Source: Candidatus Heimdallarchaeota archaeon (lineage in GTDB: Archaea; Asgardarchaeota; Wukongarchaeia; Wukongarchaeales; JBHIFL01). Taken from it: a stretch of 28,261 nt of DNA. A program made the translations under genes and the position numbers. The stretch spans positions 1-28,261 of the forward strand of contig JBHIFL010000053.1 of NCBI GenBank assembly GCA_046761065.1, given 5' to 3'. This document shows, in pieces, positions 9,036-17,892 of this stretch; the first letter of the stretch is position 1, and each line of letters opens with the position of its first letter. The notes beneath the pieces are model-generated. The model was not told the DNA's origin. It worked only from the letters and a program-made list of their open reading frames with translations, and made no database searches.

Positions 9036-10769
9036 TCACCTACCCTCATTTAGATTTGAATGATTTGATGTGGTTCTCCGAATTGGCTGTTCATCAACAA
9101 TTGAAACGCCATAGAGATCTCGAAGGGCCTTTAAAGAGACCCGCTCATCTTTCCAGTCCTTGAAACAAGCTTGGACCTCTCGTGTCCGCGGATCTCCGAT
9201 ACCGCCACCTCCAGCGGTTTCTATAACTAGAATACCTCCAATGGGTAGCCTTCCACGCGCTTTGGAGAAGATCATTGGTGTTTCTTTGCCTTTAACAAGC
9301 GTATAGTACCGGGAACTTCTACCAGGCAAACCTCCTAGCCTGCCCCATGGTTGACTTTTCATACGTTCTCCAGCGATCCCAAATTCGACGGGAGTTTTCA
9401 TTTGATAGATTCTTCGGACTCCCATACCCCCCCTAAATCTGCCAGCGCCACCTGAATCTTTAATGAGTTCGTATGCTAAAATTTTGAATGGAAAAACTCT
9501 TTCAAGGGTCTCAATCGGCGTATTTTCAGTATTTGTCAGATAAGTATGGATTCCATCGACACCATCTTTGATCGGTCGTGCTCCATGCCCTCCAGCGATT
9601 GTCTCATAGAAAGCCCAAGACGTTAAACTCCCGGATAGCTCCTCTTTAGCCCCACCAAGGGTTGTATCGGTCATTGCTCCAGTACTAGCAGCTGGAATTC
9701 GCTCTGGAACGGCTTGAGCAAAAGCTCGCAATAAAGTGTCAACTAATCGTTGGACCGTGGCGTTACCACCGGCAACAGGTGCGGGAAAATGGGGGCATAC
9801 AATTGTTCCCGGAGGAAAAATTAACTCCACCGGTTTCCATGAACCAGAATTTGTCGGTGCTTCAGGATCTGTTACAGCTTTCACTGCATAGAAGGAGCCC
9901 GCAAGAGCCATTGAGCGCGAGAGATTCACTGATCCTTCGGCTTGGGGATCCGTACCGGTATAATCAATTGATAATGAGTCACCCTGAATCTTAATGGTCG
10001 CAGCAATTTTCAGCTGTTCATCTCGAATTCCATCATCGTCAAGCACATCTTCCCCGTAATAAGAACCTTCAGGTAATTGGGCGATGGCAGTCTTCATTAA
10101 TCGCTCACAGTAATCAATATAGGACTGGGCAGCGCTCATAACTTCTTCGAGGCTATATTTTGAGATTAGGGCAAGGAGTCTCTCAATTCCTGTGTCATTT
10201 GCGGCGATCTGGGCAAAAAGATCGCTTGTCCGGTCAGCTGGCGTCCTCGTATTAGCTTGGATTATGCTAAGAATGGCTTTATCAATTTTTCTTCCCGCTC
10301 TGAGCTTCACCGGGGGGATTTTGAAGCCTTCTTGATAAAGTTCCGTTGCTCCCGATCCCATCGATCCCGGAAGATGCCCTCCTATATCAGAATGATGACA
10401 ACGATTCCCTACAAAGGCGATCAGTTCATCCTGATAGTAGACGGGACTTATTACAGTAATGTCTGGCAAATGAAGACTACCCAGGTAGGGGTCATTTGTC
10501 GCTACGACATCCCCTTCGTCCCACTCAGGGATTTTTGAAATCAGGGCTTCTGCTGTCAGTTGAAATCCTGGACCAAGATGGGCGGGTTGGCCAATGTGGG
10601 CGGGTTGGGCAATTGTGTCACCTTGTGCTGAAAAAATCGCGCAAGATAAATCGGCTCGATCCCTAATATTTACGCTGAAGGAAGAAAGCCGCAGTCTCAC
10701 ACTCATTTCGATAGTTAAAGCCTCAAGCCCCTTCCAGATCACCTGCTCGTAACCAGTTCCTCTTTGCAT
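9036..10769 (-). CDS. hyuB: Hydantoinase B / oxoprolinase catalytic subunit
   Basis: 'SVNIRDRADLSCAIF', 'NDPYLGSLHLPD', 'HHSDIGG', 'NTENTPIETLE', 'DSGGAGRFRGG' and 'TAGGGGIGDP'; SD AGGAG upstream. Confidence 0.95.
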   Translation of the reverse strand: MQRGTGYEQVIWKGLEALTIEMSVRLRLSSFSVNIRDRADLSCAIFSAQGDTIAQPAHIGQPAHLGPGFQLTAEALISKIPEWDEGDVVATNDPYLGSLHLPDITVISPVYYQDELIAFVGNRCHHSDIGGHLPGSMGSGATELYQEGFKIPPVKLRAGRKIDKAILSIIQANTRTPADRTSDLFAQIAANDTGIERLLALISKYSLEEVMSAAQSYIDYCERLMKTAIAQLPEGSYYGEDVLDDDGIRDEQLKIAATIKIQGDSLSIDYTGTDPQAEGSVNLSRSMALAGSFYAVKAVTDPEAPTNSGSWKPVELIFPPGTIVCPHFPAPVAGGNATVQRLVDTLLRAFAQAVPERIPAASTGAMTDTTLGGAKEELSGSLTSWAFYETIAGGHGARPIKDGVDGIHTYLTNTENTPIETLERVFPFKILAYELIKDSGGAGRFRGGMGVRRIYQMKTPVEFGIAGERMKSQPWGRLGGLPGRSSRYYTLVKGKETPMIFSKARGRLPIGGILVIETAGGGGIGDPRTREVQACFKDWKDERVSLKALRDLYGVSIVDEQPIRRTTSNHSNLNEGR

Positions 10770-10873
10770 GCTTTTCTCCTTTTTCTAAATGTCCTGTGTC
10801 GAATGTGTCAATACTAGGGAATAAACTTGATGATGAGGAAACTATAAAACTTAGAAGACACCAAAACAAGACA

Positions 10874-11575
10874 CTAGATTCCTAAATAAGCTTTTCTTAC
10901 ATTTTCGTCTTCCATTAGATCTTTACTTTCACCTTCCATAACTATTTTACCATTTTCAAGGACATATGCTCGGTTTGCTATTTGTAAAGCTTTTCTTACA
11001 TTTTGCTCCATCAGTAAAAGTGTGATACCCTCTGTGTTTAGTCTTTCGATTAACTTGAAGAGGTTAGTAACTATTTTGGGTGCTAATCCAAGTGAGGGTT
11101 CATCTAACATGAGTAACCTAGGTTTCGACATTAATCCTCTCGCTATGGCTAACATCTGTTGTTCGCCTCCGCTAAGGGTTCTTGCTAACTGACTCTTTCT
11201 TTCCCTTAGAATCGGAAAATGGTCATAAACCCACTCCACCCTGGTTTCTAATTCATCTCTGGCAATGGTGTATCCTCCCATCTTTAGATTTTCATAAACA
11301 GTCAAGTTTCCGAAAAGTTCTCTTCTTTCCGGGATCAAGGAGACCCCTGTCCTTACAATTCGATGTGGAAGCATCCCATTGAGTTGTTCATTCAAGAAGA
11401 GAATTTCCCCTTTGCTAGGTTCAATTAATCCAGCGATGGTTTTTAGTAAGGTTGATTTGCCTGCTCCATTAGCGCCTATCATTGCAACAAGTTCGTTCTC
11501 ACTTACACTTAGAGAGACATCCCATAGAACTTGCACAGCTTCATATTTCACGTCAAGATTTTTGATACTAAGCAA
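10874..11575 (-). CDS. livF: Branched-chain amino acid-type ABC transporter ATPase (LivF)
   Basis: Walker A 'GANGAGKS', signature 'LSGGEQQMLAIAR', 'LDEPSLGLAP', C-terminal 'VRKAYLG'; TTG start abutting the livG stop. Confidence 0.95.
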   Translation of the reverse strand: MLSIKNLDVKYEAVQVLWDVSLSVSENELVAMIGANGAGKSTLLKTIAGLIEPSKGEILFLNEQLNGMLPHRIVRTGVSLIPERRELFGNLTVYENLKMGGYTIARDELETRVEWVYDHFPILRERKSQLARTLSGGEQQMLAIARGLMSKPRLLMLDEPSLGLAPKIVTNLFKLIERLNTEGITLLLMEQNVRKALQIANRAYVLENGKIVMEGESKDLMEDENVRKAYLGI

Positions 11576-12295
11576 TTACTCTTCCTCACCAAGATAGGCT
11601 TCTATAACCTTTTTATTACTCTTTATCTCTTCAGGAGCCCCCTCAGCGATTTTACTCCCCCCATGTAGCACGATGATCCTCTCAGCGATCGGCATGATCG
11701 CCTGCATCACATGTTCAACGATAATCAGAGTTAAACCGCCTTGATTTATTTCTTTAAGGGTCTCAACCAACTCAGAAATTTCAGAGGGATTTAAACCTGC
11801 AGCTATCTCATCCAATAAGAGAACATCTGCTCTAGTGGACAAAGCTCTTGCTAATTCCAGAAATCTTTGATCTGTGGGAGTGAGGTTTCCAGCGATTATG
11901 TTTTCTTTCCCCTGCAACCTAACCTTTTCGATGGCTTCCCTCGCAATGCTCTGAGCCTCATCTATTTTATTTGTCCTCAACAAAGCACCGATTAAAACGT
12001 TATCTAACACCGAAAGTGATTTGAAAGCTCTTATTATTTGGAATGTCTTTGCTACGCCCATTTTACAAATTTGATTCGGTTTTAGACCTGTGATTTCCTC
12101 TCCTTTATAGAAGATGCAACCCTGCACAGGTTTATAGAAACCTGTTATACAATTTAGTAGGGTTGTTTTACCGGCTCCGTTAGGACCTATTAATCCCACA
12201 ATTTCATGTTCTTTTACACTAGTTGACACATCGTTTAGCGCCTGTAATCCCCCAAACCACATTGAAACATTTTTCGCTTCCAAAACAGTTGTCAT
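11576..12295 (-). CDS. livG: Branched-chain amino acid-type ABC transporter ATPase (LivG)
   Basis: 'FGGLQAL', 'GPNGAGKTT', 'LLDEIAAGLN', 'VEHVM', 'VIEAYLG'; TGATG overlap with livM. Confidence 0.95.
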   Translation of the reverse strand: MTTVLEAKNVSMWFGGLQALNDVSTSVKEHEIVGLIGPNGAGKTTLLNCITGFYKPVQGCIFYKGEEITGLKPNQICKMGVAKTFQIIRAFKSLSVLDNVLIGALLRTNKIDEAQSIAREAIEKVRLQGKENIIAGNLTPTDQRFLELARALSTRADVLLLDEIAAGLNPSEISELVETLKEINQGGLTLIIVEHVMQAIMPIAERIIVLHGGSKIAEGAPEEIKSNKKVIEAYLGEEE

Positions 12296-13287
12296 CAGGA
12301 ATCCTCAATCTGGTGAATTTTTCGATAGGCAGTCTTTAATAATCTAATTAATCCATGTGGGTAAAGCACGCCTATCATTATGATTAAAGTCCCTAACAAG
12401 ATCAGATCAATACCGCTCATGGCACCAAGAAACGCCCTTGTGTACTCCTGTAATAAAATCATTACAGGAGCGCCAACCAAAGACCCGTAAAGTGTACCTG
12501 CGCCTCCAAGAACCGCGACGATGACGATTTGAACCGTAAAAATATCTGAAAGTACAGTGTGAGGGGAGATATAGCGAACGAAAAAGGCATACATTGTACC
12601 GGCGATGGAAGAGAAGGCAGCACTCACGCAGATGGAGATCAATTTATACTTCATAGTATCGATGCCGAGGCTTTCAGCTGCAAGTTCATCCTCTTTGATT
12701 GCGCGAAAATAGTATCCTAGCTTTGAGTTAATGATTCTTTGAGAGAGATAGAGTTCTATTATTAGGAAAACTAACATTATGTAACAAAAGACTAGCCCCT
12801 TATAAAGACCAAATTGCATATATAACCATCGGTTTTTGGATGTTAAAGGGATCCACAATCCTGTAGCTCCACCGACAAGGTCCCAATTGGTAAAAGAATA
12901 CCTTAATGCGGCAAGGAAAGCGATTGAAGCAAGAAAAAAGAAATGCCCTTTTAACCCGAATCTGAAGCAGAGGTACCCTACGAAAGCAGCGAATACAACT
13001 GAAACAAGTACCCCAATGAACATTGAAAAGTAAGGGGGGATCCTCCAATGAAGAAAGAGAAGAACTGAAGTATAGGCTCCTAAGCCGACAAAAGCTGCAT
13101 GAACAAAAGACCCTTGACCAGTGTATCCGCCTAATATGTCCCATGCGATGCCAAGATAAGCGAAGTAGAAGACAAGAAATAAGGTACGTTGAAAGTACGC
13201 AGATGGTATTAGGGGGAGAAGGAGGAGGGCAATCATAAAGAGGATTCTAATGAGATTGATGTCGGATTTCTTCAATGGGATCTTCAT
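12295..13287 (-). CDS. livM: Branched-chain amino acid-type ABC transporter permease (LivM)
   Basis: Multi-TM; 'WDILGGYTGQ.SF.HAAF.GLGAY', 'AIKEDELAAESLGI' and 'VLGGAGTLYG'. Confidence 0.94.
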   Translation of the reverse strand: MKIPLKKSDINLIRILFMIALLLLPLIPSAYFQRTLFLVFYFAYLGIAWDILGGYTGQGSFVHAAFVGLGAYTSVLLFLHWRIPPYFSMFIGVLVSVVFAAFVGYLCFRFGLKGHFFFLASIAFLAALRYSFTNWDLVGGATGLWIPLTSKNRWLYMQFGLYKGLVFCYIMLVFLIIELYLSQRIINSKLGYYFRAIKEDELAAESLGIDTMKYKLISICVSAAFSSIAGTMYAFFVRYISPHTVLSDIFTVQIVIVAVLGGAGTLYGSLVGAPVMILLQEYTRAFLGAMSGIDLILLGTLIIMIGVLYPHGLIRLLKTAYRKIHQIEDS

Positions 13288-13288
13288 T

Positions 13289-14164
13289 TCATTTCCTCTC
13301 GCCTAAGCCAAATATACCTGTTGGTTTAAAGAGTAGTATGATGATGAAGAAGATCAGAGCTACAGTTTCCTTCCACTGAGGTCCTACAATAAGAGCTGAG
13401 AGCGAGTACAGCTCACCAATGATCATTCCACCTACCAAGCTCCCAAAGAAGCTTCCCATTCCCCCGAGGACAACGATTATAAAGGCTAAAAGGAGGAATA
13501 CTAAACCAACAGATGGGTAAATGTAGTAGAAGAGGGAGAGGAAGACCCCAGCCGCACCAGCCAACCCTGTTCCAAGACCAAATGCTATCATTCTCATTCT
13601 CTTTACATTGATCCCCATGAGTTCAGCAGCCATCGGGTTTTCATCTACAGCTCTTATACCAGTCCCCACCATAGTCTTAGTCAAGAAGAGGTGGAAAATG
13701 ATCACAATAATCATGCTACCAATAAAACCTATTAGGCGTGGTGTGCTAACATGTAAGTTCCCAAGGACAATAGATGGGAACTCAAGTTCCGTATACAGAG
13801 CCCTGTAGTCAGCGCTCCAAAAGAACAATGCAAGGTTTTGAAGAAGGAGTAGCAACCCGAACGTCACGAATGTTTGTATGAAAATGTGTGATTTCACAAT
13901 TCGTTCTATAACTACCCCTTCAAAGGCGGCTCCTGCCACAAAAAGTGCGGGAAACACTATAACTAAGCTAAATAGAGGATGTAATCCCAAAAGTACAAAC
14001 AACCAATATGCAGTGTACATTCCAAGCATAATGAATTCTCCATGAGCAAAATTAATCATCTCCATCACCCCATAAATAACGTTTAGCCCTAATGTGAATA
14101 AGGCAAAGATTCCCCCAATCAATAAACCATTAATAAAAACTTCTAAGAGGAAGATTAGTTCCAA
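13289..14164 (-). CDS. livH: Branched-chain amino acid-type ABC transporter permease (LivH)
   Basis: 'GLNVIYGVMEMINFAHGEF.MLG', 'GIRAV.ENP.AAELMGIN' and 'VVLGGMGS'. Confidence 0.95.
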   Translation of the reverse strand: MELIFLLEVFINGLLIGGIFALFTLGLNVIYGVMEMINFAHGEFIMLGMYTAYWLFVLLGLHPLFSLVIVFPALFVAGAAFEGVVIERIVKSHIFIQTFVTFGLLLLLQNLALFFWSADYRALYTELEFPSIVLGNLHVSTPRLIGFIGSMIIVIIFHLFLTKTMVGTGIRAVDENPMAAELMGINVKRMRMIAFGLGTGLAGAAGVFLSLFYYIYPSVGLVFLLLAFIIVVLGGMGSFFGSLVGGMIIGELYSLSALIVGPQWKETVALIFFIIILLFKPTGIFGLGERK

Positions 14165-14284
14165 ATGCCCAACTCTCCGTAAATCATGTTATTGTTAATT
14201 ATTTCGGATGAATTTATAGGAGATAAATAAGGGGGGGATAAAGGGTATCAAAGTATCAGGGAAGTTCAAATAGCGCCTGGAGTA

Positions 14285-14316
14285 AAGTGAAAAGGGAGGC
14301 GGCATTAAAAACCGCC
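14285..14316 (-). terminator. Short GC hairpin plus pyrimidine tract after livK (partial terminator or mRNA-stabilising element)
   Basis: Minus strand GGCGG-tttttaatg-CCGCC followed by TCCCTTTTCACTTT, starting 20 nt after the livK stop within a 171-nt spacer. Confidence 0.35.
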
Positions 14317-14335
14317 ATTATCTTCTTTATTCACC

Positions 14336-15604
14336 TTAACCTTCTCGCTCAGCCCATGTAGGCATTGGGAAGACAACTTCTCTTGTCGCAGAATCCCATG
14401 GCCAAATAGTATAAGGAGACGCATCGAAGGTTTGTGTCATGATACCCTTTACCAATGTGTTTTGACCGTTCTCAGGGTTGAATTCGATGCCATCCCAAGC
14501 GGTAGGAAGTTTATCTTTTCCCCACTTTGTGGCAAGGATTGTATCCCTTAGCACTTCAGGATCTGTAGAACCAGCTCTTTCAAGGACATCGGCTATGAGG
14601 AGGGCACCAACATAGGCTCGGATCGATGTTCCATCGAAGTGTTTACCGAATTTTGTAAAGTAGGCATCATCAGCTTCTTTTGCAACTGGATTCACGTCTT
14701 TCATGTCGGGAGCGTAGTTTTCTCTGTTAATTACATAGTCCGCGTCTTTGCCAACTGCAGCAAAGTAATCTGGATGCGTGTAACCAACATCTGTAGCAAG
14801 GATGATCTTTGGGTTCACATCGTATTCCTTAAAGGCTTGGGTGAAAAGGATTGCATCGGTAACGTAGGAGGTCAACATTAAAATATCCGCGTCTGCCGCT
14901 TTGATCTTAGTGGTCTCTGGGGCGACATCGGGTGTGTCAGCAGTGTAAGGTAAGTCCAAAACGACTTCATAGCCATGTTCTTTCGCGTAGTTGACTTCTA
15001 ATTCTCCCATGCTTGCACCCCAAAGAGTGTTTTCATAAACTACTGACACGGTTTCTAGGGGGACATCGGGGTATTTCGGTTTAAGATCCATGAGGAATTC
15101 AAAGAAGTTCTGCGCAAATAAGTCGTCGTCTGGGGTTGTTCGGAAGAACCATTGAGCGCCTTGCTTAATGAGCGCAGGCGAAGTAGATTCAGGGTTAATC
15201 ATTGGTATTTCGTATTCTTCACATTTGCCTTGCACCGTGAGTGTATTTGAGCTTGCATAGGCTCCTGCAATCATGACAACTTTTTCTTCGGTTATTAATC
15301 TCTCGGTTTCAGCTGCAGCGGTCTCAGGATCCCCTTTACTGTCAGCAAAGACAAATGAAAGTTTCGCGCCATCAAGAGACTTTATTCCACCTTCTTCATT
15401 GACTTTATCCTGTACTAAGATAAATGCATCCCGCGCATCGGTTCCTGGTTTTGCGAGTGAACCTGTAAGAGGATAGATAACACCTACTTTCACTTCAGTA
15501 ATTTCTTCTTCTTGGCCTATACATCCAGCGAATAGCATTGATAGTGCAATTCCTAGTACAAAGATAAATCCGCTTTTTTTACAACCTTTCAAGGACTGCT
15601 CCAC
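14336..15604 (-). CDS. livK: ABC transporter substrate-binding lipoprotein (LivK/LivJ-like, type 1 periplasmic-binding fold)
   Basis: Signal peptide with lipobox 'LFAGC' followed by IGQEEE; 'KVGVIYPLTGSLA', 'GAYASS', 'WFFRTTPDD'. True start is probably TTG at 15592, since GGAGGTG at 15602-15608 is a well-spaced SD. Confidence 0.93.
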   Translation of the reverse strand: MEQSLKGCKKSGFIFVLGIALSMLFAGCIGQEEEITEVKVGVIYPLTGSLAKPGTDARDAFILVQDKVNEEGGIKSLDGAKLSFVFADSKGDPETAAAETERLITEEKVVMIAGAYASSNTLTVQGKCEEYEIPMINPESTSPALIKQGAQWFFRTTPDDDLFAQNFFEFLMDLKPKYPDVPLETVSVVYENTLWGASMGELEVNYAKEHGYEVVLDLPYTADTPDVAPETTKIKAADADILMLTSYVTDAILFTQAFKEYDVNPKIILATDVGYTHPDYFAAVGKDADYVINRENYAPDMKDVNPVAKEADDAYFTKFGKHFDGTSIRAYVGALLIADVLERAGSTDPEVLRDTILATKWGKDKLPTAWDGIEFNPENGQNTLVKGIMTQTFDASPYTIWPWDSATREVVFPMPTWAEREG

Positions 15605-15767
15605 CTCCGAAATTTCTATTTTTAAAGCTTAGTTAAATTTCTAATAAAGTTGTTGTTTTTAAAAATCTTTCTACATCTTAGAAATAGACAAAAATTCTGT
15701 TTTTCTCGATCTTATATAGATATGTTCGCTTTTGAGTTCCTGATTCTGTTTAGTTTTTGTTGAAATG

Positions 15768-15890
15768 TCATATCATCTTATCTTTCAGTTTATCACCCTT
15801 CTTACGGGTTCCATTATCAGATCCACTCCCAATCTTCTGTTGCACCACTTCAACAGTCCCCGGTGGGAAGCGATCGTTTTGGTCTTGCAC
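15768..15890 (-). CDS. Possible 40-aa small ORF (not in the ORF track)
   Basis: GTG at 15890 with AGAGGA 8 nt upstream; reads MQDQNDRFPPGTVEVVQQKIGSGSDNGTRKKGDKLKDKMI to TGA at 15768-15770; co-oriented with both neighbours. Confidence 0.25.
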   Translation of the reverse strand: MQDQNDRFPPGTVEVVQQKIGSGSDNGTRKKGDKLKDKMI

Positions 15891-15933
15891 AGAAAATTTC
15901 CTCTACTAAATGCAAAAAAGAATGTTGAGTTAG

Positions 15934-16824
15934 TTAAAGTTCATCTCTCAACTTCAGAATATGAGCAATATTCGCATTCTCATCAATAACTGGCCTGATT
16001 TCCCCCATTTTCGATGTGAAGAGGGTCGCGACACCGGGTCCATGGCCTGCAAGAATACAGTTGCTATGAACAACAATGCCAACAGTGATAGCTCCCGTCC
16101 TGAAGATGGGTCCATAACTGGTGTCTGCATTTATAATAGCAACGAGATCGCCGAAGCGGAGATCTTCAAGACCGAACTCATTAACTGTCTTTTCATCAAA
16201 AAGGGTAATATCATAATCACCCGAAGCAACTTGGGGGCTTCCAAGGCCTGAGCCCATGATGGCTGCTGGAATTTTATGGGTGACTGGCACCTCTAGCTTG
16301 CCATTGACGATCTTAGGGTCAAGGTTGTCAAGAAAACCCGGATCCATATTGAATACTTTCACTTCAGGTATGTCTACGAGTTGGAGACCAACACCATATG
16401 CTTTCACCATCACCCGATCCTCTATTACTAACTTTTTCATCACCTCTGATGGGAAATCCACCATCACGTGTTCTATTCCACCGTGCTTCCCTACAACGAC
16501 CCCCTTCTCACCCTTTGCATCCCCCTTCACAACCATCGCTTCGTTCCCTATACAACTTAACACATTTAGCGCTCGACTCTGCCCCTGGGGTATCCTAAGG
16601 TCTTTGTCCCGATTTTCCAAGCTGACTCCTGGTTCTACATGGTCTGCCATCCATCCACAAGCGGGGTCACCTACTCTGATGTTGTAAGTGATACCTCCCA
16701 CTCCAGGCAGAATGGCGGGTTCTCCATCCGCAGATACTCTATATATGCCAGCGCCTATAACGGGGCTTACAACCTCTCCAATAACCGAAATCTTTACAAG
16801 TTTATCTTTATTAGTACGGAGCAT
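15934..16824 (-). CDS. DUF4438 family protein (TM1086-like)
   Basis: 'MLRTNKDKLV.ISV.GEV', 'PGVGGITYNIRVGD', 'DHVEPGVS', 'GKHGGIEHV', 'MGSGLG', 'GDYDI' and 'AGHGPGV' fit my recollection of this family. Confidence 0.82.
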   Translation of the reverse strand: MLRTNKDKLVKISVIGEVVSPVIGAGIYRVSADGEPAILPGVGGITYNIRVGDPACGWMADHVEPGVSLENRDKDLRIPQGQSRALNVLSCIGNEAMVVKGDAKGEKGVVVGKHGGIEHVMVDFPSEVMKKLVIEDRVMVKAYGVGLQLVDIPEVKVFNMDPGFLDNLDPKIVNGKLEVPVTHKIPAAIMGSGLGSPQVASGDYDITLFDEKTVNEFGLEDLRFGDLVAIINADTSYGPIFRTGAITVGIVVHSNCILAGHGPGVATLFTSKMGEIRPVIDENANIAHILKLRDEL

Positions 16825-16904
16825 TTTAAGTCAGAGTTAAGTATTTAAATGACTTATTAAACGTTTCTTCTTAAGAAAAATATAATAAGGCTCGTTTAGC
16901 TCGA

Positions 16905-17633
16905 CTAGGGACCTAAGATTTTTACTTCGCTCAAATCTAAGTTATTTTTTACTATTAGTATATGCCCAAATTTAATTTCGTCCCATTCTTCGTCTGTTAA
17001 GGGTTCTGAACAGACAAATACCACGGCCTCATCTAAATTTGAGGGTTTTTTTTCGAGTTTATAAAGTGTGTATGCATCCTGGGGGCTTTGAGAATATCTA
17101 AATGCGTAAAGTGTGATTCCATCTGATAATAGGAAGGTTAATCCTGTGTAATTTCTGCTTATAACTTCTTTAATAGCATCTTTCACGCCTTTGATTACAT
17201 CGTTGTTGTTGCTTTCGATGTTCTGAAGGACCCAATAAAAATAAACTTCAGAATCTGTTTCACCTTCGAGTTGTTGCTTATATTTTGGTTTCAAAAGTGA
17301 ATAGAGATGGTTTCTATTGACAGCTCCATTATGGATGAATAACCAATCATTTTCTTGAAATGGATGGGAATTCTTTTGGGAACGAGGGGCTATAGATAAC
17401 TTTCTAACGTGTACCAATATAATCTGAGATTTAACTTCTTTGGAAACTCGGCTCAATTGACTTGCTGGGTCATGTGCAGGGATTCCCTCTTTAAAAAATT
17501 GGCCCTTGCCATTTTCATACCATCCTATGCCCCATCCGTCCGGATTTGTTCTTGAAAATTTCTCTTTAAATTGCTCGATTAAGGACGAGAATTTGCCTGG
17601 CTTATTTGCAACCACTCCTAAGAGCCTACACAT
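16905..17633 (-). CDS. Class II (Ntn) glutamine amidotransferase, YafJ/EgtC/Dug3 family
   Basis: N-terminal nucleophile 'MCRLLG', 'NPDGWGIGWY', 'HVRK', 'NSHPF', 'FIHNG', 'GETDSE' and 'SEPLT'; SD GAGGT. Confidence 0.93.
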   Translation of the reverse strand: MCRLLGVVANKPGKFSSLIEQFKEKFSRTNPDGWGIGWYENGKGQFFKEGIPAHDPASQLSRVSKEVKSQIILVHVRKLSIAPRSQKNSHPFQENDWLFIHNGAVNRNHLYSLLKPKYKQQLEGETDSEVYFYWVLQNIESNNNDVIKGVKDAIKEVISRNYTGLTFLLSDGITLYAFRYSQSPQDAYTLYKLEKKPSNLDEAVVFVCSEPLTDEEWDEIKFGHILIVKNNLDLSEVKILGP

Positions 17634-17892
17634 TTTCTTACCTCGTAAATCAAGTCCTTTATTTATACAGTTACCATTTTGAGGGAATTTTTAATAATAT
17701 ATTATTAAGTTATTGTAGACCCTCTTTGCACTTTCGTATAGGGATCAGATCCATAACAAGTAAAATTTCTGAATCAAACTCCATAAACCAAAATGAATGA
17801 TTAAAGGGGGAGAGCATTGCTAAGTACCTGTATGTAAAACAATATTTTTCTGATTTACACTCAAATGAAATCCTCTTGGAGGCATTTCGCCT

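Noticed and set aside
15765-15989. + strand 74-aa ORF in the livK-DUF4438 spacer
   Set aside because: Overlaps the DUF4438 3' end in antisense, has no SD, and opposes the local gene orientation.
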